This document shows positions 1 to 9,217 of a stretch of 44,389 nucleotides of DNA, in pieces (the first letter of the stretch is position 1; every line of letters begins with the position of its first letter). The notes under the pieces were generated by a model, which did not search any database, was not told the DNA's origin, and was given only the letters and a program-made list of their open reading frames with translations. This stretch comes from a virus (Duplodnaviria; Caudoviricetes): positions 1 to 44,389 of the IMG/VR virus record IMGVR_UViG_3300048611_000042; one strand, 5' to 3'. The translations under genes and the position numbers were made by a program.

Positions 1-4
1 GTAG

Positions 5-394
5 GGGGGGGTACCCCCCATGCGCGCGTGTATATATAAGGAGGTAGGCGCAAGTGCGCCAGGTTCTGAGGCTTATCCACAGGTTCTGACCTGCGGTTTC
101 GCGCTGTGGGGACGCGGAACGACCCCCTCGGAAGGGGGCCGTTCCTCACACACGCTGCCAGGAGGCCACGGAGGCGTTCTTGGCGCCTCCGAGGCTACTG
201 CATGAGCCGCGATCCCGCCAGTAGAGCGGGTTCGCGAGACGACCCGCCGCGAAGGCGGGTCGTTGCAGACGGCTGTCGCGCGCTTCAGCGCGCTGCAGAG
301 GTCCACTCGGAAGCGTGGGCCTCTGCTCCTGCCCGTGTCGGCACGCGGGGCGCCAGTCGCGTTCGCGATTCGCGAAGCGGGTCCACAGTTCTGA
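5..394. other. Non-coding terminal region with palindromes, AT tract and DnaA box (candidate ori/packaging region)
   Basis: GGGGGGTACCCCCC palindrome at the start, TGTATATATAAG near 29-40, TTATCCACA 73-81, CCACAG(G)TTCTGA at 77-89 and 383-394, several GC hairpins (e.g. 238-264). Confidence 0.45.
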
Positions 395-462
395 TCGGTG
401 GCGTTGCGTGGCGGGGGAGCGGGCGACCGTGGAGTCCCTCTTGTGGCCCGCCAGCAGTGGGC

Positions 463-639
463 CTACCTGTTGTGTGTCTGCGCCTGGTTCAGTTCGTGAC
501 GTCGCTGTCGTTCGCAGCGGCGGTGGTGCGCCAGGGTGCGCCCAGCGAACACGGTGAGCACGAGGTCACCCTCGTGCTGGACCACCTCCCCGCACTCGGA
601 GCAGGTTGGCATGCCAGCCCGCGCTGCGCGCTTGGTCAC
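463..639 (-). CDS. Small hypothetical protein with CxxC...HxxC metal-binding pattern
   Basis: GTG overlaps the stop of the upstream ORF; PTCSECGE...HRRC. Confidence 0.5.
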   Translation of the reverse strand: MTKRAARAGMPTCSECGEVVQHEGDLVLTVFAGRTLAHHRRCERQRRHELNQAQTHNR

Positions 640-785
640 GTCTCGATGATCTCCTTCTCGACGGGCGCGACCGCCTCCTGCTCTTGTTCGTCGAGAACGC
701 GTTCGACGCAGACGCGGCACCAGGAGGTGCCGTCGTACTTCGCGTTGATCTCGCTCCCGCAGTGCGGGCACGGCGTGTGGCCCAT
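636..785 (-). CDS. 49-aa zinc-ribbon protein, probably leaderless
   Basis: MGHTPCPHCGSEINAKYDGTSWCRVCVERV...; ATG sits 17 nt after an ACTGGAC motif; too short for the supplied ORF track. Confidence 0.6.
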   Translation of the reverse strand: MGHTPCPHCGSEINAKYDGTSWCRVCVERVLDEQEQEAVAPVEKEIIET

Positions 786-809
786 CACCTACAGGGCCGA
801 GTGTCCAGT
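783..809 (-). promoter_or_regulatory. Phage late-promoter-like motif, copy 1
   Basis: ACTGGACACTCGGCCCTGTAGGTGATG, 25/27 identical to the copy at 2962. Confidence 0.6.
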
Positions 810-815
810 CGGGGC

Positions 816-840
816 ACTGGACGATCTGCCCTGTCTGTAG
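816..840 (+). promoter_or_regulatory. Phage late-promoter-like motif, copy 2 (back-to-back with copy 1)
   Basis: ACTGGACGATCTGCCCTGTCTGTAG upstream of the terminase operon. Confidence 0.55.
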
Positions 841-906
841 GCGGGCGGGGTTGAGGCCGAGCCTCCGCGGCCTCCCCCGCCCCTCGCCGACCAGAAAGGA
901 GCAGCA

Positions 907-957
907 GTGAGGTATCCACACCCTGGCCCACGCCCTGGGCCGCGCCCAGGCAACTGA
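907..957 (+). CDS. 16-aa Pro/Arg-rich micropeptide MRYPHPGPRPGPRPGN
   Basis: Strong SD AGAAAGGAG (893-901) 5 nt before GTG; stop 6 nt before the small terminase ATG. Confidence 0.5.
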   Translation: MRYPHPGPRPGPRPGN

Positions 958-963
958 GCAGTC

Positions 964-1398
964 ATGCCCCCCCGACCTGATCTGGAGTCGTGGCCCAGCG
1001 ACGGGTCACTGCCCGCCCACGCGCAGGCGTACGTGGAGTGGTACTGCACGCCCGAGTTCGCGCGCGCCGAGTTGGGGCTGCCCGTCTCCGAGGCGGAGTG
1101 GTGTCGCGTCAACAACTTCGACAACTCGTCGCCACGCAAGTGGCGCGGGAAGCGGAACGTCAAGAAGGCGATCGAGCGCCAGTTCGCCGAGTCGAACGTG
1201 AGCCCCGATCGCGTGCAGGCCGTCGTGGAGGCCATGCACAAGGCCGCGACCCAGGGGGACACGAAGGCGGCGGCGCTGTTCCTCCAGTACATCGACCGCC
1301 TCGCGCCCAAGCGCGTGGTGATCGAGGACCGACGCATCGAGTCGCTCTCCGACGAGGAGTTCCAGCAGGAGGTCGAGAAGGTCCTGGCTGGTGCCTGA
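964..1398 (+). CDS. Terminase small subunit (putative, HTH)
   Basis: Directly upstream of and overlapping terL; AATQGDTKAAALFLQY helix pair and C-terminal SLSDEE typical of TerS. Confidence 0.75.
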   Translation: MPPRPDLESWPSDGSLPAHAQAYVEWYCTPEFARAELGLPVSEAEWCRVNNFDNSSPRKWRGKRNVKKAIERQFAESNVSPDRVQAVVEAMHKAATQGDTKAAALFLQYIDRLAPKRVVIEDRRIESLSDEEFQQEVEKVLAGA

Positions 1399-2962
1399 CT
1401 TCACCAAGACCGAGATCCTGTACGAGGCCGAGTGGCGGCGGTGCGCGAAGGACCCCGTCTACTTCCTGGAGACGCACTGGACCATCCGCACGCCCGACGG
1501 CGCGCTGCTGTTCGGGCTGCGCCCCGAGCAGTTGCTCGCGCTGCAGACCTGGCTGGACGAGCGGTACTCGATCAACCTGAAGGCGAGGCAGATCGGGTGG
1601 ACCACCCTCGCCGCGGGCTACGCGTTCTGGCAGGCGTTCTTCCACGAGGACTGGACCTGCATCTTCCTGTCGAAGGGCGAGCGCGAGGCCGCGTACATCC
1701 TGCAGATGGTCGACTACGGGTGGCGGCGCCTGCCCGAGTGGCTGAAGCAGCGTGGCCCCACCCGAGAGGCGTTCAACCTCTCGAAGATGCCGTTCTCGAA
1801 CGGCTCCGTGATCGAGTCGCTGCCGTCGAAGCAGGACCCCGCCCGAGGCCGCACGGTCAACTGCGTGATCGTGGACGAGTGGGCGTTCCTCGACAACCCC
1901 GAGGAGGCGTGGTCGTCGATCGAGCCGATCGCCGACGTCGGCGGGCAGATCATCGGGATCTCCACCGCCAACGGCTCGGGCAACTTCTTCCACGAGTGGT
2001 GGGTGCGCGCCGAGACGGGCGCCTCGAAGTTCAAGGCGCTGTTCTTCCCGTGGTGGGTGGTACCTGGCCGCGACGACGCGTGGTACGCCGACAAGTTGGC
2101 GAACATGCAGGAGTGGCAGGTCCACCAGGAGTACCCGTCGACCCCCGACGAGGCGTTCATCAAGTCAGGGAACCCGTTCTTCGACGTCGACGCGCTGCGT
2201 GCCCTACCCACGATCAAGCCCAAGCGCGGAGCCCTGTGGTCCCGCCTCGACCCACGCGTTCCCGAGTTCCGCAAGTCGCGGGACGGACCGCTGCGCGTGT
2301 TCCACGCCCCGAACCTGATCGACAACTACGTAGTCGGCGCCGACGTCGCCGAGGGCCTCGAACACGGCGACTTCTCGTCGGCGCACGTGCTGGCCGTGAA
2401 GTCGCGCGTGGTCGTCGCGAAGTGGCACGGTCGCGTGCCCACCGACGAGTTCGCCGAAGTGCTGGCCGAACTCGGCTGGTGGTACGGGCGCGCCCTGCTG
2501 GGCGTCGAGTCGAACAACCACGGTCTGTCGGTGCTGCAGCACCTGAAGAACTCGTGCAAGTACCCGAACCTGTACTACCGCCAGGTCTACGACGAGCGCA
2601 CCCGCCGTCGGACCTCGAAGATGGGCTGGTACACGAGCAAGGCCACGAAGCCGATGATGCTCGACGAGTTGCACTCGGGCCTTCGGGGTGAGGGCGCCCT
2701 GGTCCTGGAGGACGCCGAGACGATCGGCGAACTCGTGACGTTCATCCGCGATGAGCGAGCGCACCTGCACGGGAGCCCGTTCGATGACCAAGTGATCTCG
2801 CTGGCGATCGCTAACCAGATGCTGAAGCACGCCACCGAGCCCCGCTACGAGAAGTACCGAAACGACTACTGGACCATGGACTGGTGGAAGCGCCAGGCCG
2901 ACGAGGAGGGGGCGCCAGCGCCCGCCCTGCGCCTCGGGGCGCACTCGTCGCGGCGGCGCTGA
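1391..2962 (+). CDS. terL: Terminase large subunit
   Basis: LKARQIGWTT (Walker A), VIVDEWAF (Walker B), ISTANG, nuclease GADVAEG..GDFS and DDQVISLAIA. Confidence 0.96.
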   Translation: MPDFTKTEILYEAEWRRCAKDPVYFLETHWTIRTPDGALLFGLRPEQLLALQTWLDERYSINLKARQIGWTTLAAGYAFWQAFFHEDWTCIFLSKGEREAAYILQMVDYGWRRLPEWLKQRGPTREAFNLSKMPFSNGSVIESLPSKQDPARGRTVNCVIVDEWAFLDNPEEAWSSIEPIADVGGQIIGISTANGSGNFFHEWWVRAETGASKFKALFFPWWVVPGRDDAWYADKLANMQEWQVHQEYPSTPDEAFIKSGNPFFDVDALRALPTIKPKRGALWSRLDPRVPEFRKSRDGPLRVFHAPNLIDNYVVGADVAEGLEHGDFSSAHVLAVKSRVVVAKWHGRVPTDEFAEVLAELGWWYGRALLGVESNNHGLSVLQHLKNSCKYPNLYYRQVYDERTRRRTSKMGWYTSKATKPMMLDELHSGLRGEGALVLEDAETIGELVTFIRDERAHLHGSPFDDQVISLAIANQMLKHATEPRYEKYRNDYWTMDWWKRQADEEGAPAPALRLGAHSSRRR

Positions 2963-2988
2963 CTGGACACTCTGCCCTTTAGGTGATG
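2962..2988 (+). promoter_or_regulatory. Phage late-promoter-like motif, copy 3
   Basis: ACTGGACACTCTGCCCTTTAGGTGATG fills the terL-downstream gap and ends in ATG. Confidence 0.6.
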
Positions 2989-3240
2989 GCCAGCGGAGCG
3001 CACGACGAGTCCTGCGAGCACAGCATCTACGGGTGGCCGTGCAGGGACTGCACGGTCCTGACGCCCGACCAGGCCGCCTACGGCGAGCGCCTGCGCTCGG
3101 TCGCCTTCACCTTCGCGGGGACCCGCGACGGGTGGCACAACGGACAGACGACCACGGAGTTCATCCGCGAGATGAAGGAAGACGCCAAGTTGGCAGACAC
3201 CGAGCCCGTCTACGCGGGACCGAAGTCCAGGTGGGTGTGA
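2986..3240 (+). CDS. Hypothetical protein
   Basis: ORF with high-GC codon pattern; no SD; start follows the motif. Confidence 0.7.
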   Translation: MASGAHDESCEHSIYGWPCRDCTVLTPDQAAYGERLRSVAFTFAGTRDGWHNGQTTTEFIREMKEDAKLADTEPVYAGPKSRWV

Positions 3241-3425
3241 TGCCCACGTGCAACTGCCGCGGCGGGGCTGGGTGCTGCATGGCGCCCGCGCTGATGCCCT
3301 GGTACGGCCCGCCCTGCACGTGTCCGACCATCTGGCACGGGATCTACCCGCCCCCGTGCCCGCGCCACAACCCCACGGGCAGCAACGGACGCATCTTCGT
3401 CACGACGATCGGCACGCGTGCCTGA
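3240..3425 (+). CDS. Small Cys/Pro-rich hypothetical protein
   Basis: TGATG-coupled start; MPTCNCRGGAGCC...CTCPTIWHGIYPPPCPRHNP. Confidence 0.6.
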   Translation: MPTCNCRGGAGCCMAPALMPWYGPPCTCPTIWHGIYPPPCPRHNPTGSNGRIFVTTIGTRA

Positions 3426-5364
3426 GTCCACGACCGCACCGAACTACACCGAGCCGAGCCCGACCCGAGAGGTCGGGCGTTCGCGCGCGGGTGGGGTGTC
3501 GCGTAAGGAGCGCCTGAAGCGGTACAAGACCCGCCTCGACGTTGCCCGCAAGTGGCGCAAGGACAACTACGACCTGACCTGGGCGCGGCTGCTGGACCTG
3601 TACAAGGGGAAGCACTTCGCCGACCCCTCCCGCGGGGATCAGATCGCGGTGAACATCACGTTCTCGACGGCGAACGTCATCGTCCCGAGCGTGGCCGTCA
3701 ACAACCCGAAGATCAGCGTGCTCCCGCGCCAGGAACAGTTCTCGGACCAGGGCACCATCGCCGAGGCGGTGCTCAACTACTGGTGGCGGCACTACGGCTA
3801 CCAGAACGAGATCCGCAAGTCGGTCAAGGACTCCGTCGTGTGCGGCCACGGGTGGGCCAAGGTCGGATGGCGCTACCGCGCAACCCAGCGCGAGGCCACC
3901 CCCGAAGAAGCGCAGGCCCTGTTCCTGGAGAAGCGCGAGGAGGCTGGGCTGTTCGCCGAGCAGAACCCCGTGCTCGCGGCGGACCTGCCAACCGACGACG
4001 ACCTGCTGGAGCAGGTCGCGACGGTGCCCGAGGTCCTCGAAGACCGCCCCTTCGTCGAGCGCGTCTCGATCTTCGACATCCTCGTCGACCACGAGGCCAC
4101 GTGCCTCGAAGACGCGAAGTGGATCGCCCAGCGCCTCGTGGTCCCGCTGGAGGTCGCGCGCAAGGACGACCGCTACAGCAAGGCGGCGCGCAATCGCCTG
4201 AAGCCCGACTCGTCGAGCGCCCGCTGGCGCGACGAGGACAGGGAGCGCGCGAAGGACAAGTACGACGACGACGTTCGTCGCGTGACGTTGTGGGAGTTCT
4301 ACGACCTGCAGGACGAGTACTTCTGCGTGTTCCCCGACGAGTGCAACGACGAGCGCGACTACCTCTCGTACGAGGACGGACTCCCGTACGTGTACGGGCA
4401 CCCGTTCGTGATGATCGGGAACTACGACGTCCCCGACGAGTTGTACCCGATCGGTGACCTGGAGATGCTGGAGCCGCTCCAGGGCGAGTTGAACAAGACC
4501 CGCTCCATGATGATGAACCACCGCAAGCGGTACAACCGCGCGTGGCTGGCCCAGGCCGACGCCTTCGGCCCCGAGGCTCGCAGGGTCCTGGAGGAGGACC
4601 GCGACAACCGCGTCGTGTTCATCGAGGAGGACGTGGACCTCGACAGCATCATCAAGCCGCTGGAGTCGCCCCAGTTGAACGCGGAGTTCTACCAGTACTC
4701 CGAGCAGATCGAGGCCGACATCGAACTCGTGTCGGGCGTGAGCGAGTACCAGCGCGGGGCCACGTCAGAGACGCGGCGGACCGCGACGGAGGCGTCGATC
4801 ATCCAGGACGCGGCGAACGCCCGCGCCGCCGACAAGTTGGCGCAGGTCGAGCGGTTCATCCGAGAGGTGGCCGAGCGCGTGCTGCAACTGGGCCAGACAC
4901 ACCTGACTGGCGAGCACGTCGCGCGGGTCGTGGGGCCTGGCAAGGCGATGATGTGGGTCCCGTTCACCCGCGACACGATCGAGGGCGAGTTCGACTTCGA
5001 GGTCGAGGCTGGGTCCACGCAGCCGCTGAACGAGATGGGTCGGCGCCAGCAGGCGCTGCAACTCGTGCAGGCGCTGTCGCCGTACGTGGGCATGGTCGTG
5101 AACCCGCAGGAGTTGGTCCGCTACATCCTGCAGGAGGGGTTCGGCGTCTCGAACCCCGAGAAGTTCCTGTTGCAGCCGCTCGTGGACCCTGCCACGGGCC
5201 TGCCCCTCGATCCGATGGCGGCGGCGCCGCCTGGCGGCGCGCCGCCCGAACTCGACCCCGCGGCTGGACTCACCACGCCCACCGACGGACCGACCGCGAT
5301 CCCGCCCAACGTCCTGACGCAACTGCAGGGCCAGGTGGGGCTTGACCTGGAGAACTCCACATGA
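3418..5364 (+). CDS. Portal protein (P22-like)
   Basis: 648 aa after terL; VSGVSEYQRG..RRTATEASII motif and EGEFDFEVEAGS typical of podoviral portals. Confidence 0.9.
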   Translation: MPESTTAPNYTEPSPTREVGRSRAGGVSRKERLKRYKTRLDVARKWRKDNYDLTWARLLDLYKGKHFADPSRGDQIAVNITFSTANVIVPSVAVNNPKISVLPRQEQFSDQGTIAEAVLNYWWRHYGYQNEIRKSVKDSVVCGHGWAKVGWRYRATQREATPEEAQALFLEKREEAGLFAEQNPVLAADLPTDDDLLEQVATVPEVLEDRPFVERVSIFDILVDHEATCLEDAKWIAQRLVVPLEVARKDDRYSKAARNRLKPDSSSARWRDEDRERAKDKYDDDVRRVTLWEFYDLQDEYFCVFPDECNDERDYLSYEDGLPYVYGHPFVMIGNYDVPDELYPIGDLEMLEPLQGELNKTRSMMMNHRKRYNRAWLAQADAFGPEARRVLEEDRDNRVVFIEEDVDLDSIIKPLESPQLNAEFYQYSEQIEADIELVSGVSEYQRGATSETRRTATEASIIQDAANARAADKLAQVERFIREVAERVLQLGQTHLTGEHVARVVGPGKAMMWVPFTRDTIEGEFDFEVEAGSTQPLNEMGRRQQALQLVQALSPYVGMVVNPQELVRYILQEGFGVSNPEKFLLQPLVDPATGLPLDPMAAAPPGGAPPELDPAAGLTTPTDGPTAIPPNVLTQLQGQVGLDLENST

Positions 5365-5639
5365 TCGTCAGCGAAGTCACCACCGACACCCTGCTGCACA
5401 CTGGCAAGGGCAGGATCTACGCGCTGCTCCTCACGCCCGTCGGCGCCACGACCCTGTTCGAGGTCTACGACGCGCTGACCGCGACTGGAGCGCCGATCGC
5501 CTCGCTGCAGACGGTCACGGCCGCGGGGCCGTCCGTCTCGATCGAGTACCCGCACCCGCACCTGTCCTACGCCACGGGTCTGCACGTCGAGTTGGTCAAC
5601 GGCTCGGGCAGCCTGTTCGTGTACCACGAGCCCTGGTGA
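5361..5639 (+). CDS. Hypothetical, probably a small beta-rich virion protein
   Basis: ATGA overlap with portal; beta-strand-rich composition. Confidence 0.65.
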   Translation: MIVSEVTTDTLLHTGKGRIYALLLTPVGATTLFEVYDALTATGAPIASLQTVTAAGPSVSIEYPHPHLSYATGLHVELVNGSGSLFVYHEPW

Positions 5640-5806
5640 TGGCCGACACGCCCCCCATCAACATCAACATCACGCTGACCCTCTCCGACCTGGAGGAGGG
5701 ACTTCGGCGACGCAAGAAGAAGGCGTCGGACGAGCGCGGCGCGCCCGAGCGCAAGGACGACCCGTGGGTGCGCGTCGACGGCCCGCAGCCGTACGGCGGC
5801 GCGTGA
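5639..5806 (+). CDS. Hypothetical protein
   Basis: TGATG-coupled; MADTPPINI... Confidence 0.55.
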   Translation: MADTPPININITLTLSDLEEGLRRRKKKASDERGAPERKDDPWVRVDGPQPYGGA

Positions 5807-5822
5807 GCCCCGACGGAGGTGA

Positions 5823-6299
5823 GTGAGTGTGGCCCAGGGGTCCTACCGTGAGGGTGACGTTGTTCGCATCATGCTCATGGAGTCCTCGGACGGCGGCGTC
5901 ACCTGGACGCCCGTCGAGGCTCCCTCGCTGGGCGGTGGCGGCGTGCTGATCGACCTCTCCGTCGACTTCGGCGTTGCTGGCGTCCTGGTGACTGGCGCGA
6001 AGCCGTTCAGGTGGTACGCGCGCGGCGCCTGGACGATCCTGGCCGTCCGCGCTTCGGTCGGCACCGCGCCGACTGGAGCGTCGGTGATCGTGGACGTCAA
6101 CAAGAACGGGACCACCATCTTCACGACGCAGTCGAGCCGACCGACGATCGCGGTCAGCACGAACACCGCGCTGAACTCGGCGGACCCCGAGATCGACACA
6201 CTCGCGAACGGCGACTACCTCACGCTCGACGTGGACCAGATCGGCTCGACGGAGCCAGGCCAGAACCTGACCGTACAGGTCTGGCTGGAGTCGACCTGA
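5823..6299 (+). CDS. Putative virion fibre/decoration domain protein
   Basis: SD GGAGG; TAPTGASVIVDVNKNGTTIF...LTLDVDQIGST resembles C-terminal domains of phage fibre proteins. Confidence 0.6.
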   Translation: MSVAQGSYREGDVVRIMLMESSDGGVTWTPVEAPSLGGGGVLIDLSVDFGVAGVLVTGAKPFRWYARGAWTILAVRASVGTAPTGASVIVDVNKNGTTIFTTQSSRPTIAVSTNTALNSADPEIDTLANGDYLTLDVDQIGSTEPGQNLTVQVWLEST

Positions 6300-7330
6300 T
6301 GGGTGTCCTGGAGGACATCCGAGCGGCGGTCGTGGAGATCGCCGACCCCATCGAGCGACGGCGGGTGATCCACGGGCTTCGCGCGGCCGCGTGGCGGCAG
6401 GCGCTGACCTCCACGCCCGCAGACCTCCCGCACCGACGCGGCGACATTCGGGTCGCAGCCATGGACTGGGACGGCGATCGCCTGATCCTGTCGGGCGACG
6501 GCGGCGGCCAGGCGTGGCCCATCACGATCGTGAACCCACCGCTGCTCGTGGTGGACCGCACGGGCGAGATCGTCCGAGACGTGACCTCCGAAGACGGTAC
6601 CAAGGTCGGTGAGCAGCGCATGAGCCTGGCGCCCGCACGCGCGCTGCGCTCGGTGCTCAGGAACACGACCCCTCCCCCCGACATCCCCCGAGGCGACCCC
6701 ACGCTGATCGCGTACGCGGAACTGTCGGACCGCGTCATCAACAACATCAACGACAACTACCTCCTGACCCAGGCGGGTCCCGCCACGAGCGAGGGCCTGG
6801 TCACCTCCACGACCGCGGTCGTGGGGAGGTGGTCCGCGAGTTCAGAGGACTTCACCATCAACCAGTACGGGGTTCACTTTGACACGAGCGCGATCGACCG
6901 TGCCGACCACGCGGTGCAGTCGTTCGTGGTGGCGACGTGGTTCACGTCGGTGGACGTGGACGAGGGGGCCTTCCCCGAGAATCGGGTCGAGATGGTGGCG
7001 AGTGGCTGGGATCCCACCTTCGATGCCGCCGACTGGCAGAATCTTTCGCAGGGCTCACCAGGGCAAGTTGTGATCGCCAGGATGCCCCTCTCCGACGTGG
7101 CGACGGGCCAGTACAACGACTGGACCTCTGATCCAGGCTCGGCGGCGGCATTCAGCGCGCTGGACGCGTACTTCCAGTGCTGGAACTTCCTCGCCTACGG
7201 GGTCGACCCGCCCTCCACTGGCGAGAACCGAGGCATCATCTCGGCGGCGGACGAGGCGGGCACGTCACAGGACCCGCGCCTGACGGTCACGTACGCGCCG
7301 AAGTACTCGCTGAACATCCTCACGTCCTGA
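6299..7330 (+). CDS. Putative virion protein with carbohydrate-binding-like (DNRLRE-like) C-terminal domain
   Basis: TGATG-coupled start MGVLEDIR; ends SAADEAGTSQDPRLTVTY. Confidence 0.55.
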   Translation: MGVLEDIRAAVVEIADPIERRRVIHGLRAAAWRQALTSTPADLPHRRGDIRVAAMDWDGDRLILSGDGGGQAWPITIVNPPLLVVDRTGEIVRDVTSEDGTKVGEQRMSLAPARALRSVLRNTTPPPDIPRGDPTLIAYAELSDRVINNINDNYLLTQAGPATSEGLVTSTTAVVGRWSASSEDFTINQYGVHFDTSAIDRADHAVQSFVVATWFTSVDVDEGAFPENRVEMVASGWDPTFDAADWQNLSQGSPGQVVIARMPLSDVATGQYNDWTSDPGSAAAFSALDAYFQCWNFLAYGVDPPSTGENRGIISAADEAGTSQDPRLTVTYAPKYSLNILTS

Positions 7331-7335
7331 GCGGG

Positions 7336-7362
7336 ACTGGACACTTTCGCCCTGTCTAGTGA
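7336..7362 (+). promoter_or_regulatory. Phage late-promoter-like motif, copy 4
   Basis: ACTGGACACTTTCGCCCTGTCTAGTGA upstream of scaffold/capsid. Confidence 0.6.
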
Positions 7363-7401
7363 GGGGTTGAACCCTCACGCCGAGCAACCCGCAGAGGACT
7401 C

Positions 7402-8166
7402 ATGGCAGACGAAACAGGCGCGGAGACTGCCGCGCCAGCGGTGACGGAAGTCGCCAGCCCCGATCTCGGTTCCGAGGAAGTCGGGGGCAGCGAGGAAGTC
7501 ACCACGGGGAGCCCCGAGACGTACACGGTGACCGTGGACGGCGAGGAGTTGCAGGTCACACTGCAGGAGGCTCTCCAGGGATACCAGCGTCAGTCGGACT
7601 ACACCCGCAAGACGCAGGAAGTGGCATCCCAGCGTGAAACGCTCGACAGTGCGGCGCGTCTCGCGGCGGCCCTGGAGCGTGATCCCCAGCGAACGCTGGA
7701 GGTTCTCGCCCAGGCGTACGGAGTCTCGCTCGGTCAGGCGGCGGAGATCGCCGCTGAGACGATCGAGGAAGACCCCGACCCCGAGGAAGCGCGACTGCGG
7801 TCCTTCGAGTCGTTCATGCAACAGCAGCAGGAGCGTGAAGCCCAGGCTGCGCTGGACACGAAGTTCGTCGCACTGCACCAGAAGTACGGTGACTTCGAGG
7901 AGCCCGAGTTCATCGAGTTCGCGCTGGAGCGTGGACTCACCGACCTCGACACCGCGTTCAGTGCGTGGGCCTTCGAGCGCCTGACGACGAGCAAGTCCCG
8001 CCGAGAGGCTGCAGACCGCGAGGTCGAGCAGCGCAAGGCAGGGGCGCCGCCCGTTGCAGGTGGTCGGGGTGTCGCTGCTGGTGCGGTCACCGAAGGTGCC
8101 GCGCCGCCAACGAACATCCGCGACGCGCTCCGTGCAGCACTGCGGCAGCACGGCGCCTCGATCTGA
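7402..8166 (+). CDS. Capsid scaffolding protein
   Basis: Acidic N-terminus; YTVTVDGEELQVTLQEALQGYQRQSDYTRKTQE signature; precedes MCP. Confidence 0.9.
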   Translation: MADETGAETAAPAVTEVASPDLGSEEVGGSEEVTTGSPETYTVTVDGEELQVTLQEALQGYQRQSDYTRKTQEVASQRETLDSAARLAAALERDPQRTLEVLAQAYGVSLGQAAEIAAETIEEDPDPEEARLRSFESFMQQQQEREAQAALDTKFVALHQKYGDFEEPEFIEFALERGLTDLDTAFSAWAFERLTTSKSRREAADREVEQRKAGAPPVAGGRGVAAGAVTEGAAPPTNIRDALRAALRQHGASI

Positions 8167-8198
8167 TCGAGGCCGAACCCAGGAGAACCTGAGTCCTC

Positions 8199-9164
8199 AT
8201 GGCAGATGCCAACCCCGACTTCGACACCATCCTCGCGACGACGCTGAAGAACTACGCGCCGACGCTGGAGGACAACGTCTTCAACGCCCGCGCTCTCCTG
8301 AACTGGCTGAAGCGCAAGGACCGCGTGAGGACCAAGCGAGGCGGAGCCACGTGCGTGGTCCCGATCGTGTACGCCGAGAACGACACCGTCTCGTCGTACG
8401 CGGGCTACGACACCCTCGACACCACGCCCCAGGACGGGATCTCCGCTGCGGAGTACCCGTGGCGCCAGTACGCGGGCTCGGTCGCGATCAGCGGCATCGA
8501 GGAGGCGAAGAACGCTGGCGAAGAGGAGGTCGTGGACCTGCTCGAAGCGAAGATCATGCAGACCGAGGAGTCGATCTCCGAGGGCTTCAACGCCATGTTC
8601 TACGCCGACGGCTCGGGCAACTCCAGCAAGGACTGGAACGGCCTGCGGAACCTGATCAACGACAACACCTACGACTCGGCGGCGTACGCGTCGCTCGGCG
8701 GCATCGACTCCGCGACGTACACGTTCTGGCAGTCGATCGTCAACGACCTCAACTCGGTCCCGCTCACGCTGGGCCAGTTGTCGTCCACGCACAACAACAT
8801 CCACCAGGGCACGAACGACAAGCCCGACTTCCACATCACGACCGACACGCTGTGGGAGAAGTACGAGTCGCTCCTGCAGCCCTCGCAGCGGTTCTCCGAC
8901 GCCAAGACGGCGGCGGCGGGCTTCGAGAACCTGATCTACAAGGGTGCTCCCGTCGTGTTCGACATCGACGCGACCGCGGGCGAGTGGTACATGCTCAACT
9001 CGAAGTACCTGACCCTGTACAGGTTGGGCGCGAACTGGATGCGCTCGACGCCGTTCAGGACGCCCGTCAACGGCGACGCGAAGTACTCGCAGATCATCTC
9101 GTACGGGCAGTTGGCGGTCAACCGCCGTCGGCGCCTGGGCAAGATCGTCGAAGCCACCGCCTGA
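8199..9164 (+). CDS. Major capsid protein
   Basis: 321 aa after scaffold; DGSGNSSKDWNGL, GGID, GFENLIYKGAPVVFD, YMLNSKYL motifs of HK97-fold MCPs. Confidence 0.92.
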   Translation: MADANPDFDTILATTLKNYAPTLEDNVFNARALLNWLKRKDRVRTKRGGATCVVPIVYAENDTVSSYAGYDTLDTTPQDGISAAEYPWRQYAGSVAISGIEEAKNAGEEEVVDLLEAKIMQTEESISEGFNAMFYADGSGNSSKDWNGLRNLINDNTYDSAAYASLGGIDSATYTFWQSIVNDLNSVPLTLGQLSSTHNNIHQGTNDKPDFHITTDTLWEKYESLLQPSQRFSDAKTAAAGFENLIYKGAPVVFDIDATAGEWYMLNSKYLTLYRLGANWMRSTPFRTPVNGDAKYSQIISYGQLAVNRRRRLGKIVEATA

Positions 9165-9167
9165 TCG

Positions 9168-9188
9168 GGGCGGGCCTAGCGCCCGCCC
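9168..9188 (+). terminator. GC hairpin after capsid gene (terminator/attenuator)
   Basis: GGGCGGGC-CTAGC-GCCCGCCC followed by a pyrimidine run, no U-tract. Confidence 0.5.
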
Positions 9189-9217
9189 TCCTCTCAGCCA
9201 GGAGACACTGAAGCAAC

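Noticed and set aside
2962-2988. ACTGGAC motif as a sigma-54 promoter
   Set aside because: GG-to-GC spacing is 7 nt, not the required 10
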